From an uncultured virus (IMG/VR IMGVR_UViG_2912889086_000006) (taxonomy: Duplodnaviria > Heunggongvirae > Uroviricota > Caudoviricetes), in IMG/VR virus record IMGVR_UViG_2912889086_000006, positions 1 through 64,000 of that record: a stretch of DNA of 64,000 nucleotides. One strand, 5' to 3'. How positions within the stretch are numbered: the first letter of the stretch is position 1; each line of letters begins with the position of its first letter. The notes under the pieces are model-generated. The model worked only from the letters and a program-made list of their open reading frames with translations. It did not search any database and had not been told where the DNA came from. A program made the translations under genes and the position numbers. Shown piece by piece: positions 37,040 through 47,160 of this stretch.

Positions 37040-37873
37040 ATGAAAACAGTTATTAACGATACGGCTGACGTTATTCTAAAAAGAAAACGTGATGGCCATT
37101 TGGTTGCTACTGCGGAAGCCCAAATTGCTGGATTTTCGCAAGCAGTTACCCAAGATAAGCTAAAGGGTGGTATTGGAAACAGAACAATTGCCATCCTTCG
37201 ATCTGATAAAGAAATTACTCTGAATCTAAAAAATGCGCTGTTTGACCTTGAATGGTTGGCTATGTCTCAAGGTGTTGAAATTGAAAAAGGAACATTTAAC
37301 GTCTACAAAACTGATTATGATCTTATTGTTTCAGATATTGGTGAGGTTGCCGTGACAAGGGAGCCGATTGGATTAGTTACCCTTCAAGACGCTAAAGGAA
37401 ATTCAATTACACTTGAAGCAGAGGACAAAACGGTTACAGTTCCAGAAGAGTTCGCGAAACCTGGTGATGAACTGCTTGCAATTTACAAAGAAGAAGTGAA
37501 AGGTCGCTCTATGGAAATTGCCTCTGATAAGTTCTCTGAGAAGTATGAAATTGAATACCGAACAATTGAATACGATCCAGATACTAATCAAGTAATTAAC
37601 TATTTATACTTTCAATTCGATAATGTTACTCCTTCAGGTGAGTTTGATATGTCACTTGAAAACGGAACTGCTCTCACTCCTGAATTGAAGTTTGAAGCAA
37701 CAGCGAAAAGAGGTTCGGGGAAAATGGGACGAGTCCTCCAAATTCCAGTCGATGAAGATGGAAATCCTATTGATGATACCCAACCTTCTCCCGAGCCTGA
37801 GCAACCAGAACCTACTCCAGATCCAGGATCAGACACAGGAACTCAAACAAAGTCTGTAGACATTGGTGACTAA
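37040..37873 (+). CDS. yomU: putative major tail protein
   Basis: Strong RBS, synteny, Pro/Glu-rich C-terminal linker. Confidence 0.65.
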   Translation: MKTVINDTADVILKRKRDGHLVATAEAQIAGFSQAVTQDKLKGGIGNRTIAILRSDKEITLNLKNALFDLEWLAMSQGVEIEKGTFNVYKTDYDLIVSDIGEVAVTREPIGLVTLQDAKGNSITLEAEDKTVTVPEEFAKPGDELLAIYKEEVKGRSMEIASDKFSEKYEIEYRTIEYDPDTNQVINYLYFQFDNVTPSGEFDMSLENGTALTPELKFEATAKRGSGKMGRVLQIPVDEDGNPIDDTQPSPEPEQPEPTPDPGSDTGTQTKSVDIGD

Positions 37874-37912
37874 TAATCAAAATCTAAAACAAAAATAAGG
37901 AGAGATTCTATT

Positions 37913-38305
37913 ATGGCTGAACAATTTCTAAATGAAAGTAATGGAGTATTTACATCTGCAGAAAATGATGGCACAGGAAAACCAGTAACGGCTGTTTATT
38001 TAAAAAACAACAGTGAAGAGAACCCTTTATACATTAAAGGAATGCAAGGCGAGCCGGGGCCAAAAGGCGATAAAGGTGACAAGGGTGAACCGGGACCAAA
38101 AGGTGATAAAGGTGACAAAGGCGATCCTGCTGTCATTGAAGAAAAAAGCATTACTCATGAAATGCTTGGTGACAATATTGTCAGAAGTAACAACATTGGA
38201 ACCGGCAGCGTCTTGCTCGTTAACTTAAACAGCGAAGTTAAGGCTAAGTTCGATGATTTACAAAAACAAATTGATGAATTAAAAGGCAGCCAAGCATCCA
38301 GCTAA
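37913..38305 (+). CDS. short collagen-like virion protein
   Basis: (GEPGPKGDKGDK)x2 Gly-X-Y run plus C-terminal coiled coil. Confidence 0.8.
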   Translation: MAEQFLNESNGVFTSAENDGTGKPVTAVYLKNNSEENPLYIKGMQGEPGPKGDKGDKGEPGPKGDKGDKGDPAVIEEKSITHEMLGDNIVRSNNIGTGSVLLVNLNSEVKAKFDDLQKQIDELKGSQASS

Positions 38306-38413
38306 CCAAAAATAATATCTAATTAATAAAGATTATGAGGGGGATTCCCCTCTTCTTTTTTATACAAATAAAATGCGTGTTTTATTAAGAAAATTTATGT
38401 AAGGAGGTTTCTG

Positions 38414-38779
38414 GTGTCAGTTTGCGATTATAAAACACTACCGCGAAAAGTCGAACCTCAAATCACCCCTTTCGTCTTCCATGATTCTGTAACTGAACCT
38501 AGTGAAGGTGAAAAACTTATTGTGGGTGCTCATCGCACACTTGCTGTTGAAATTACAGGCGACTGTACTTCAAGAGAAGTTAAATTTTATAGTGTTACAC
38601 AAGATGGAAAGAAAATTATTCTAGAAGGGATAAACACCTCTAATCACATGTTTGGCGCAAGCACTCTGGGAATTGATGAAATATGGGAGTTTGATGTCGC
38701 CGGGAAAACCGCAATTCTATTTGAAATAACCAAAATCAATGGCGGTTCGCTTACCATTAAGGGAAATGCGGTGACATAG
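38414..38779 (+). CDS. yomS: YomS-like tail-associated protein
   Basis: Synteny; AAGGAGG RBS, GTG start. Confidence 0.55.
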   Translation: MSVCDYKTLPRKVEPQITPFVFHDSVTEPSEGEKLIVGAHRTLAVEITGDCTSREVKFYSVTQDGKKIILEGINTSNHMFGASTLGIDEIWEFDVAGKTAILFEITKINGGSLTIKGNAVT

Positions 38780-40410
38780 TGATGGATAATCTCTCTAGAG
38801 CACAGAATAAAGAAAATGAAATAAAGATTGAGAATTTAAAAAGGAATCTTTTCGAACTGGAAAAACACACTTTGGACACTGAGAAAGAGATCAAAGGTGA
38901 AGTTGAAAAGTTTTCTGATTTGGTAAATTACCATATCAACAATAAAGCTAATCCACATGAGGTAACTACTGAACAGGTTACAATTATTAATGACCCTATA
39001 CCATATCAAGACGCTTCATACCCTGGAGATAGCTACCCTTTAGGAATTTCAACTTTCCATCTCGCAGGTAGTGCGGTTGGATACCCTAGCAAGTACGGTG
39101 AGTGTTTGAATGTTAAGACTACCAAATATAGATTTGCGCAATTTTTCTTTAATGCTGGAAATCGAAATGACCCAAGAATTTATCTCCGTCATTGGTACCC
39201 TTCCACTGGCTGGACAGAATTCATTACAGTCCCCTCCTCTTCTGATGTAGATGATGCGCTGAAATCAGCGAAAGCTTATACAGATGCTCATGCAAATGAT
39301 AAAGCTAACCCACATTCCGTTACAAAAGACCAAGTCGGGTTAGGGAAAGTGATAAATGAGGAGCAAGCAACTAAAAAAGCGTTTGATTTACATGCTGCTG
39401 ATTTAATTAAACATATAACTGCTGATGAACGTGAAAAATGGAGCGCGGGACAGCTCTTTAAAATCACAGGAGATGACGGCCAACCACTGATTTATGTTAA
39501 TGCCACTGATGATTTTCATGAATTGCTACCTAGATACAAGGGATTTGTACACTTCTCATCTCATCCTAATGCGATAAATAGCCCCGGTGGAGCTCTTAGA
39601 GGCTTTTGGAATTGCAATTCAACTGGAACGTACGGCCAAATCATTGCGTTTGATAACTCGAATAGAACCTACAGAAAATCGATCACTAATGGAAATTGGT
39701 CTGATTGGGAAGTGCTTGAAACGTCAGTGGAAGCACAGGCTAAAGTTGATGCTCATGCAAACAATAAAACAGTTCATTTGACCGCTTCCGAACGTACAAG
39801 ATGGAACAATGCACAAGTATATAAATTTATTAGCGATGATGGAAAACGCGTTAAATTGGCAGATGGGACAGACCTATTAACGTTACCTTCTGGTTTTTAT
39901 TTTGCTCCTGGACATGTAGTCCAAAACAATCCAACAGCTAACGATAGCTCGTGGTTTAACTACGATGTAGTTGAGACTGATCAAGGAAGAAAAACAATAT
40001 ATGCTTGGAGAAGTTACGACAATACGATTTGGCATAGCACTGTTCACACAGACGGAGTTTTCAAAGGCTGGAAGCGTGTTGTAACATCAAGTGAAATTGA
40101 ACCAACTTGGACTGATGTTCCATTAAAAAATGGAGCAAAACACGGAGACAGAAGAGTAAGATGTTCAACAATTGGCGGCCTTTTATTATTGGAAGGAGAA
40201 ATTATCGCTACAAGAGGAACAGTGTTTGGCACACTCCCTGCATCGTACAGGCCATCCAAACTCCGATGCAAAATAGTCCCTATTTACGGAACTACTGGTA
40301 TGACAAAGCTATATATCGAAACAAATGGCGATATGAGGCTAGAAGGTCAAATTTCAGATAAACTTGAGAACATTACATCTTACGGTTTAGATGAAGTAAT
40401 TCCTCTTTAG
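38779..40410 (+). CDS. yomR: tail fibre/receptor-binding protein
   Basis: Repeated HxNxKANPH(x)VT and HITADER motifs, knob-like domains; followed by chaperone-type genes. Confidence 0.7.
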   Translation: MMDNLSRAQNKENEIKIENLKRNLFELEKHTLDTEKEIKGEVEKFSDLVNYHINNKANPHEVTTEQVTIINDPIPYQDASYPGDSYPLGISTFHLAGSAVGYPSKYGECLNVKTTKYRFAQFFFNAGNRNDPRIYLRHWYPSTGWTEFITVPSSSDVDDALKSAKAYTDAHANDKANPHSVTKDQVGLGKVINEEQATKKAFDLHAADLIKHITADEREKWSAGQLFKITGDDGQPLIYVNATDDFHELLPRYKGFVHFSSHPNAINSPGGALRGFWNCNSTGTYGQIIAFDNSNRTYRKSITNGNWSDWEVLETSVEAQAKVDAHANNKTVHLTASERTRWNNAQVYKFISDDGKRVKLADGTDLLTLPSGFYFAPGHVVQNNPTANDSSWFNYDVVETDQGRKTIYAWRSYDNTIWHSTVHTDGVFKGWKRVVTSSEIEPTWTDVPLKNGAKHGDRRVRCSTIGGLLLLEGEIIATRGTVFGTLPASYRPSKLRCKIVPIYGTTGMTKLYIETNGDMRLEGQISDKLENITSYGLDEVIPL

Positions 40411-40422
40411 GAGAAGATTAAA

Positions 40423-40749
40423 ATGCTGAAAAACATATTTAAATATGATCCGAAAACTTATTTGTTGATCGAAAATGATGTTCTTGCGCCCGATCAGAGT
40501 GGAAATTATACAGTTCCAGATGGATGGACTGATGTTGAACCCCCTCCTGGCCTCTATATAGCGAAATTTTATCCCGCTGAACAAACATGGAAAGAAAGCG
40601 CTGATCAGGATTACATTAATGCATTACATCCACCGACAGAATCAGAGCCAGACCCCATTGACCTCTTAAAGAAACAGAATGCAATACTTACTTATGAAAT
40701 AGCAAAACTACAGAAGGCAGTTGCTGAACTAAGTGGTGGATCGTCATGA
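40423..40749 (+). CDS. yomQ: tail fibre assembly-like protein
   Basis: PPGLYIAKFYP..WKE plus C-terminal coiled coil. Confidence 0.6.
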   Translation: MLKNIFKYDPKTYLLIENDVLAPDQSGNYTVPDGWTDVEPPPGLYIAKFYPAEQTWKESADQDYINALHPPTESEPDPIDLLKKQNAILTYEIAKLQKAVAELSGGSS

Positions 40750-40937
40750 ATTATCCTGATTACACCACAATCAAACAGTTCTATGATTGGGGCTGCTATG
40801 AAGACGACTCTATTATGAGAGACTATGTTGACTGGGGGCACATTACCCCTGAAGAGTATGAAGAAATAACAGGCAGGAGTTATGATAAGCCATCCATTAA
40901 TGTCAGTGTGGATTTAGGAATGTGTGTGACACCTTAA
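40746..40937 (+). CDS. yomP: XkdX family protein
   Basis: IKQFYDWGCY…ITPEEYEEITG. Confidence 0.85.
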   Translation: MNYPDYTTIKQFYDWGCYEDDSIMRDYVDWGHITPEEYEEITGRSYDKPSINVSVDLGMCVTP

Positions 40938-40972
40938 GAGGTGTTTTTATTTTGGATTTAAAAGGAGGAAAC

Positions 40973-41461
40973 ATGATGACAACGCAAAAATTAACTCTCA
41001 GTCATATTAAAGAGGATAATAAGAAATACAATGAGAAGCAAAGAATTGAATTGAATGATCAATTTCACACTTATATTTATCCGAATTTCGATCCAGCAAG
41101 AGTGAAGAAAATGATTATTTCTCTAATTGAAGACTTTACGGAAATTGCAAATAAAAAAGGAGTTAAGACTGATCTAAGTCCAGGTGATCTGCTTTATGTA
41201 TACACTATTATCGAATTTAGTGATATTGCAGAATTCCCCAAAAAACTTTCAGATAAATTGAAAATGTTCGAGGAAGTCGTGAAATCCGAATTTGCTGAAA
41301 CTATCTATGAAGCATTCCCTAAAGAAAGCTTGCAAAAAATTGAGAATAGGGCTTTAAATTTTGCAAAGATTGCTCAACAAAGTAAGGAAGTTTTAGGTTC
41401 ACTAGAAGCGAATGAAGACATCCTAAAAAAAGTTGAAGAGCTTACTCAAGAGGACAGCTAA
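40973..41461 (+). CDS. yomO: phage protein (putative tail assembly chaperone)
   Basis: AAGGAGG RBS before ATG 40973; synteny. Confidence 0.6.
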   Translation: MMTTQKLTLSHIKEDNKKYNEKQRIELNDQFHTYIYPNFDPARVKKMIISLIEDFTEIANKKGVKTDLSPGDLLYVYTIIEFSDIAEFPKKLSDKLKMFEEVVKSEFAETIYEAFPKESLQKIENRALNFAKIAQQSKEVLGSLEANEDILKKVEELTQEDS

Positions 41462-41880
41462 TGGCGACTTACAAAGATCTCGCCATTTTAGTTCAAAAAG
41501 AAGCTTTAAAGGCCATCCAACAGTCAAATAGCAGCACAAAGCAAACGTTAATCAAAACAGGACAAGACCATGTTGAAACAGATGTTTACGACGTATACGA
41601 TCCCCTCGTTTATAAAAGAACTCATGAGTTAAAAAGCTCCTTTGTAACTGAAGATGAAGTAAACGGGATCTCATTGGATAACATTCGCGAAGATGATGGC
41701 CGTGACGTTGCAACGATTGTTGAAACAGGTCAAGGTTATACATACCCCGATGAGCACGGATATGGATATGGAAAACCAAGACCTTTCATGGCTAATACTG
41801 CTGAATCTTTAAAGGATGGCCGATTAATTGAAGCTGTGTCCAAGGATGTGAACAGGCTCGGATATAAGACAATAAAATAG
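41461..41880 (+). CDS. yomN: phage protein (HK97 gp10-like tail component)
   Basis: Y.RT..LK…KPRPFM motif; synteny. Confidence 0.6.
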   Translation: MATYKDLAILVQKEALKAIQQSNSSTKQTLIKTGQDHVETDVYDVYDPLVYKRTHELKSSFVTEDEVNGISLDNIREDDGRDVATIVETGQGYTYPDEHGYGYGKPRPFMANTAESLKDGRLIEAVSKDVNRLGYKTIK

Positions 41881-41894
41881 TCGGTGGTGGATTA

Positions 41895-42896
41895 ATGGCG
41901 AAAGAAATCAAAAAAAATATGATACGCCCTCGTGCAAAGAAACTGCCTGAAGTTACTGATGAAATGTGGTCTCAGGTTGATGAAGAGCACAGAAATTTAA
42001 CACAAGAATTTTTAGACGCTCACTCATTCCGTGATAAAACAAGAAAACAGTACACCTCCTCCCTTCGGCAATTCTTCTGGTGGGTGCATAATTCTCTTAA
42101 TGGGAAGAAATTATACAAAATCACTAAACGTGACTTCATTAGGTATCAAAGTTTCCTAAAAAATAGGGGCATGTCTTCTAGTGGTATTGCGCTTAAAAAA
42201 GCTGGTGTTTCTTCTTTAAACAACTATATTGAAAACGTCGTGGCTGAAGATGATGACAATTATAAAACATTCAGGAACTTTACTCGTGGCCTCCCTGCTA
42301 TTCCTAAGACAGTCACTTACGATAAAGTAAAGATTACATATGAAGACTATCAAACAATGATGCAAACACTTGAAGAAGATGAGAACTATTTAGGAATGGC
42401 CTGGCTTGCAACGGCTTTTAATGTAGGAGCAAGAAGAGCAGAAATCATTCAATTTAAAACAGAAATTTTAGACTACCCTATCCCTGAAGGGCAATCATAT
42501 GTAATGTCCCATCAAGTCTTCGGAAAAGGTGGCGGTGAAGGAAAAGCTCTAAAATATATGATCAATACAGAAGCTCTACAATATTTGAAGTTATGGCATG
42601 AAAAACGTGGATATGACCACGAATACCTCTTTACCACTACATATGGTGGACAACCAAAACAAATGTCAGAAACATGGGCTGATTATTTTTGCTCCGATGT
42701 TTTATCAGACATTCTTGGCCGTAGAATCAACCCTCACCTTTTTAAAGCTTCCTGTATCACCTACTTACTCGAAGTCAAGAAAATCAAACTTGAACTTGTC
42801 AGTAAACACATTGCTCAACACGAAGATGTCTCAACCACAGTCAAACATTATGATCTTCGTGATTTTAAAGAAGAAAAGAATCAAATATTTATGTAA
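41895..42896 (+). CDS. yomM: tyrosine recombinase
   Basis: GARRAE, HLFK, QHEDVSTTVKHY catalytic boxes. Confidence 0.85.
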   Translation: MAKEIKKNMIRPRAKKLPEVTDEMWSQVDEEHRNLTQEFLDAHSFRDKTRKQYTSSLRQFFWWVHNSLNGKKLYKITKRDFIRYQSFLKNRGMSSSGIALKKAGVSSLNNYIENVVAEDDDNYKTFRNFTRGLPAIPKTVTYDKVKITYEDYQTMMQTLEEDENYLGMAWLATAFNVGARRAEIIQFKTEILDYPIPEGQSYVMSHQVFGKGGGEGKALKYMINTEALQYLKLWHEKRGYDHEYLFTTTYGGQPKQMSETWADYFCSDVLSDILGRRINPHLFKASCITYLLEVKKIKLELVSKHIAQHEDVSTTVKHYDLRDFKEEKNQIFM

Positions 42897-43003
42897 AATC
42901 ACTCTTTTATTCAAAATCAAGATCTCTTTCTTGAGGGTTTTGCTTTTGAGTGAAATAAAAATTTTGTAAAAAAAGAAGGTCTTTCCTCCTATTCTGTCGA
43001 AAT

Positions 43004-43825
43004 ATGATCCTGATAGGAGGAGTTTGTTTGAAAAAAGTAGCTATTTACACTGACTATGAGAATTTGTATAAAAGATTAAGGGAGTATAGGACCCACCCCA
43101 TTTATGATTTGAATTTCTTCAAAGTCATAAACAATTTTTTTATCCAACACGAAATGGATATTATTAAATTTGTAGCATTTTCAAATTTCGAAGACAGCGA
43201 TTTCTCTGTGGCAGATCAAACTGAAATTCACACTTTTGGTGTCGATGTAAGACATTGCTCAATCGATGGAAAGAGTTCAACCGATGTTGAATTGGTGATT
43301 GAATGTATGCATGACTTATACACAATTGATCAAATAGACATTTTTGTGATTATTTCTAATGATAGAGATTATGTTCCTCTGCTTCAGAAAATCAAACAAA
43401 AATGCAAAACAGTTTATACTCTATCGACTAAAAATGGAATAAATAATGTTGTTAATGTTTTCTCAGACTTTCACTTGTATATTGAAGATCTATTTAACAT
43501 AACTGACAATGATACTGACAACAAGGAACAAGACGACTCTTTAGATCAGAAAGCGCGAGAAGTTGCGCAGTTGCTTTATACGTCTGATTTATGGAAAGAT
43601 TTTATGGAACACGGGCGCCTTGTGGGGCTTAAAGGATACAGTGTCTCTCTAAATAGACATGTATGGAAAAGAGAACCTGTCGAAAAAATTGAACGTTATT
43701 TTCAAAGAGCTGCCGAACTGTCCTATGTAAAATTAGTAAATAAGAGTGGGAAGACTTACTTTGAAAAAGGAGAAAAATATGACCTGATAATCAATGGCAA
43801 GTCAGGGGTTGAAACAATAAAATAG
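43004..43825 (+). CDS. NYN-domain (PIN-like) ribonuclease (likely TTG start 43028)
   Basis: IYTDYENL…KSSTDVEL…IISNDRDYVPL motifs. Confidence 0.85.
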   Translation: MILIGGVCLKKVAIYTDYENLYKRLREYRTHPIYDLNFFKVINNFFIQHEMDIIKFVAFSNFEDSDFSVADQTEIHTFGVDVRHCSIDGKSSTDVELVIECMHDLYTIDQIDIFVIISNDRDYVPLLQKIKQKCKTVYTLSTKNGINNVVNVFSDFHLYIEDLFNITDNDTDNKEQDDSLDQKAREVAQLLYTSDLWKDFMEHGRLVGLKGYSVSLNRHVWKREPVEKIERYFQRAAELSYVKLVNKSGKTYFEKGEKYDLIINGKSGVETIK

Positions 43826-43917
43826 CTGTGGTATGATTAACTCAACCGAACTAAAGAACTACTTGAACTACACTACATAGAAAGCCCCTCTAATTGATGC
43901 GGGGCTTTCCTTCATTT
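43809..43917 (+). ncRNA. candidate ~70-nt sRNA with own promoter and terminator directly after NYN gene
   Basis: TTGAAA-17-TATGAT with extended TG (43809-43837); GAACTA repeats; GAAAGCCCC/GGGGCTTTC hairpin. Confidence 0.6.
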
Positions 43918-44208
43918 ATAATTACAGCAGATTAAAATAGTAACAAAAATGTTAATCGCTTTTTTAAGAGTGCATCCTTACAGAGTTGCACCGATTAATA
44001 ACCAATCCCACTTAACGATAAGTGGGATTTTTACTTATTTCCCCTTAAAAAAGAGATTCTATGAATTGCGGAAATGAGAGTCAAACCTATTATAGCAGGA
44101 AAAGATGCTGAGCGATTTCTCAAAAAAGTACGACGCAATAACAGAAAAATTGAAGACCGGGGATCACAAAGAAAAAAGGGGTATTCGGATTATTTGGTGG
44201 AAAAGGGC

Positions 44209-45531
44209 TTATAATTCACCCTTTTCCAATTTCTTAATAAGTGTGGAAAAATCAACACCATAGTTGCCTGTTATGACGTGGTCTGTTACTTCATGCCAAT
44301 TGAAAGTGTCGTATAATATAGCCTTGCTGAAAGCACTTGAATTAAATCGTGGCTTACGTTTCTTATGGAGGTTCTCATTAAACAGTATTTTGGCTCGTAA
44401 CGCTTCAAATGAGTAACCTCTACCCATTCGTTCAACTTGCCTAATAATACTGTTTATAGATTCTGTATAAGCGTTTGTAAGTTTTTTATCGAAGTAGTTG
44501 AATATTTCGTCTTGCCAGTTGTCTACAGCTCTCACAAGATCTTTATAAGCGTCTTTGGAGTTACTGGACATACAATGTATTCTCCACAGTCTGTAACGGT
44601 CTCTGCCTTCTTCAGGATCATCGGTATCCCATATCCAGTAAAATTCTTCTTTGAGTTCATGGGCTTCTTTTAGATCAGGCAGACTACCTAACCAAGTATC
44701 TAAGAGAAATGCTTCACGCTCATTTAAATCGTGTTTACGCTTTAGAAGGATAAACCTCTCACGCATAAGGGTACGCCTTTCCAAAGCTGTCATTTTAGCT
44801 TTGATAGCCTTTCTAACACCGTCTAAGGCTTGGTTAGCCATTCGGACAACGTGGAACTTATCTACAACCACTTTCGCGTGTGGTAAGACGGTATTAACAG
44901 CATCTTTGTAAGGCTTCCACATATCCATTGTGACGTATTCAATATAGGTCCTGTCACTGATTTCTGAAAGGCGTTGAATGACTGTTTCCTTGTTACGGTT
45001 GGTCTTGATGTCATAGATAGTCCTACGTTCAACGTTAGTCAATACAAGGCGAGGTTTACGGATAATGTGTATTTCATCTATCCCAAGCCATCTAGGAGTC
45101 TCAAACTGGTATTCTCGCTCTTTGAATGATACGTAGTCCTTAAAAACGTTCCTGACGGTCTTCTCGTCAACACCAACGTTTTCTGCAACTTCTACAAAGG
45201 TTTTTGACATGGATTGTTCTTCGATAGCTTTTACAAGCCTTTTGGTCATACTACGCTTTTCGTCAATGGATATAAGGCGTTCCCAGAAGGTAGAATCACA
45301 TTCACAACACTTATAACGTCTACGGTTCAATTGTAAGCCCACTCGCTTTAAACGAATGGGCAAATCCATAATCAATTGCTTTCGTGAACTGTGCTTATAT
45401 AACTTGTCAAAACCACATTCAGGACAACGTTCTGGTGGGTTGATTGCTTCCACTTTAAACAACATATCGCTTTCATTTTCTTGTGGTGGTTCAATAACTA
45501 TGAGGTCTTGAAGAGATAATAGGTTAGTCAT
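44209..45531 (-). CDS. ISL3-family transposase
   Basis: CPECG zinc finger, LGIDE, VTMDMWKPY, VDKFHV, TNAYTESIN. Confidence 0.95.
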   Translation of the reverse strand: MTNLLSLQDLIVIEPPQENESDMLFKVEAINPPERCPECGFDKLYKHSSRKQLIMDLPIRLKRVGLQLNRRRYKCCECDSTFWERLISIDEKRSMTKRLVKAIEEQSMSKTFVEVAENVGVDEKTVRNVFKDYVSFKEREYQFETPRWLGIDEIHIIRKPRLVLTNVERRTIYDIKTNRNKETVIQRLSEISDRTYIEYVTMDMWKPYKDAVNTVLPHAKVVVDKFHVVRMANQALDGVRKAIKAKMTALERRTLMRERFILLKRKHDLNEREAFLLDTWLGSLPDLKEAHELKEEFYWIWDTDDPEEGRDRYRLWRIHCMSSNSKDAYKDLVRAVDNWQDEIFNYFDKKLTNAYTESINSIIRQVERMGRGYSFEALRAKILFNENLHKKRKPRFNSSAFSKAILYDTFNWHEVTDHVITGNYGVDFSTLIKKLEKGEL

Positions 45532-45736
45532 CTTTACCTTTTATTTTGAGAGAACCTACACCAATAATTGCTCCCAGTATAACTAACACCATACTGGCTA
45601 TAATTTCATACCCTTGCAAAGCCTCGATGTAATTTACGAGAAACCAACTTGGTCCCCCACCTGCTAATCGGTTTATGATACCTCCAACTCCTTGGATTAA
45701 TAGAAGTAGACTTACACCGCTTGCAATCTCTTTCAT
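45524..45736 (-). CDS. small two-TM passenger protein
   Basis: MKEIASG… hydrophobic; AAGGGG RBS. Confidence 0.65.
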   Translation of the reverse strand: MKEIASGVSLLLLIQGVGGIINRLAGGGPSWFLVNYIEALQGYEIIASMVLVILGAIIGVGSLKIKGKDD

Positions 45737-45767
45737 AACACTACATCCCCTTTCCAAATAACTAATA

Positions 45768-46478
45768 TCACGATAGAATTCCCCTAATGCCGATATTGAA
45801 TAAAACAGCTCCAATAACTGCCACTCCCACTAATAAAGAAGACAATGGAGCTTTTAATAATTTTGTTTTTAGTTTTTCAAGCTTATTCTGTATCCAACCT
45901 CTAAATAGAATATAAATGAACAATAATATGATTGAAGGAAGTACCATAAGCACGTTATAGCCAAGTAAAATACTTATGGACAAGCCGGTATTGAACGCTA
46001 AACCATCCATTAATAATATCGAGTAAAAATACGGTAAGGCTGTGGTAAACTCGATCGCAAATACAATAATACCGAGTATAATCATCGCACTTATTGATAA
46101 TTCTTTAGGTAACCACTCTAAAAACCGGGATTCCATTCCTTTTTTAGGCTTATAAAAACTAATGAGTACAAGGACAACTCCAAGTATCGTATAAAACCAA
46201 CTTGAAATTTGATTGTTAGTCACGCTTTCTATAAAACCAATTATCTGCCCAACTCCCAGGTAAACCAAGATACCCATCATAAAATAGCAAATTTGTGTGG
46301 ATATTAAAAAAACCATCAAACGCGATGCCAATTTTTCTCTTTGTATTAGAAGGATATAAGCTGTGATGGCCAATACCCCGGGGCTTAAAATGTCAATGAA
46401 AGCACAGAGCACAATAATGAGGAGTGCTGTTGTGAAATCTATGTTGGTAGGAATTAATGATTCAATGATTTCAAGCAC
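45768..46478 (-). CDS. GAP/Sap-like (LysE superfamily) membrane transporter
   Basis: 6 TM; AFIDILSP and EFTTALPY motifs. Confidence 0.75.
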   Translation of the reverse strand: MLEIIESLIPTNIDFTTALLIIVLCAFIDILSPGVLAITAYILLIQREKLASRLMVFLISTQICYFMMGILVYLGVGQIIGFIESVTNNQISSWFYTILGVVLVLISFYKPKKGMESRFLEWLPKELSISAMIILGIIVFAIEFTTALPYFYSILLMDGLAFNTGLSISILLGYNVLMVLPSIILLFIYILFRGWIQNKLEKLKTKLLKAPLSSLLVGVAVIGAVLFNIGIRGILS

Positions 46479-46566
46479 CTAAATATCCTCCTTATTTATT
46501 TATTTCACACACTGTGATAAAATGATAATAACACAGTGTGCGAAATAAAAGCAAGAGGTGATTTAA

Positions 46567-47160
46567 GTGCCAAAAATCGTTGATCATGATCATAAAAGGA
46601 AGATCATCGCTGAAACGGCTTGGAAAATTATCAAAACGGAAGGCATTGAAAGAGCATCTATCCGCAGAATCGCATCTGAGGCTGGAATGTCTACCGGAGC
46701 ACTAAGACATTATTTCTCAAACCAAGATGAATTACTATTATTTATCATGGAATATTTTCTTGCTCGCGGGAGAGAAAGGTCGGAGAATATATCCTGGTCA
46801 ACAAACCCTCTTAATGCGGTACGTGAAACGTTGTTAGAATTAGTTCCGGTGAGTCAGGATAAACAAACTGAAACGGGTGTTTGGCTAGTTTTTGCCATCC
46901 GCTCACTTACTAGTGCAGCTTTGAACGCAAAAAAAGATGAACTAACTGAAGGAGAATATATTTTAATGGAAGCACTGCTTGAAATATTAATAAAAGCAGG
47001 TTGTATAAATAAAACCATAAATATTGAAATCGAAAAATTAAGACTTGCTGTCATCATTGAAGGCATATCCATTCATGCTCTTTTAAGACCGGATATATTC
47101 ACAATTGAAAAAGCAGAACAAATTATTACACACCACTTAAATGAACTTTGCAATCAATAA
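46567..47160 (+). CDS. TetR family regulator (BetI-type C-terminus)
   Basis: MPKIVDHD…ASIRRIASEAGMSTGALRHYF; palindrome CACACTGTG…CACAGTGTG in divergent intergenic region. Confidence 0.92.
   Translation: MPKIVDHDHKRKIIAETAWKIIKTEGIERASIRRIASEAGMSTGALRHYFSNQDELLLFIMEYFLARGRERSENISWSTNPLNAVRETLLELVPVSQDKQTETGVWLVFAIRSLTSAALNAKKDELTEGEYILMEALLEILIKAGCINKTINIEIEKLRLAVIIEGISIHALLRPDIFTIEKAEQIITHHLNELCNQ

Noticed and set aside
38048..38125. Tandem 36-bp DNA repeat
   Set aside because: Explained by the collagen Gly-X-Y coding repeat
41895..42896. YomM as the prophage integrase marking an att boundary
   Set aside because: Phage structural genes continue on both sides, and no att duplication or host genes are visible
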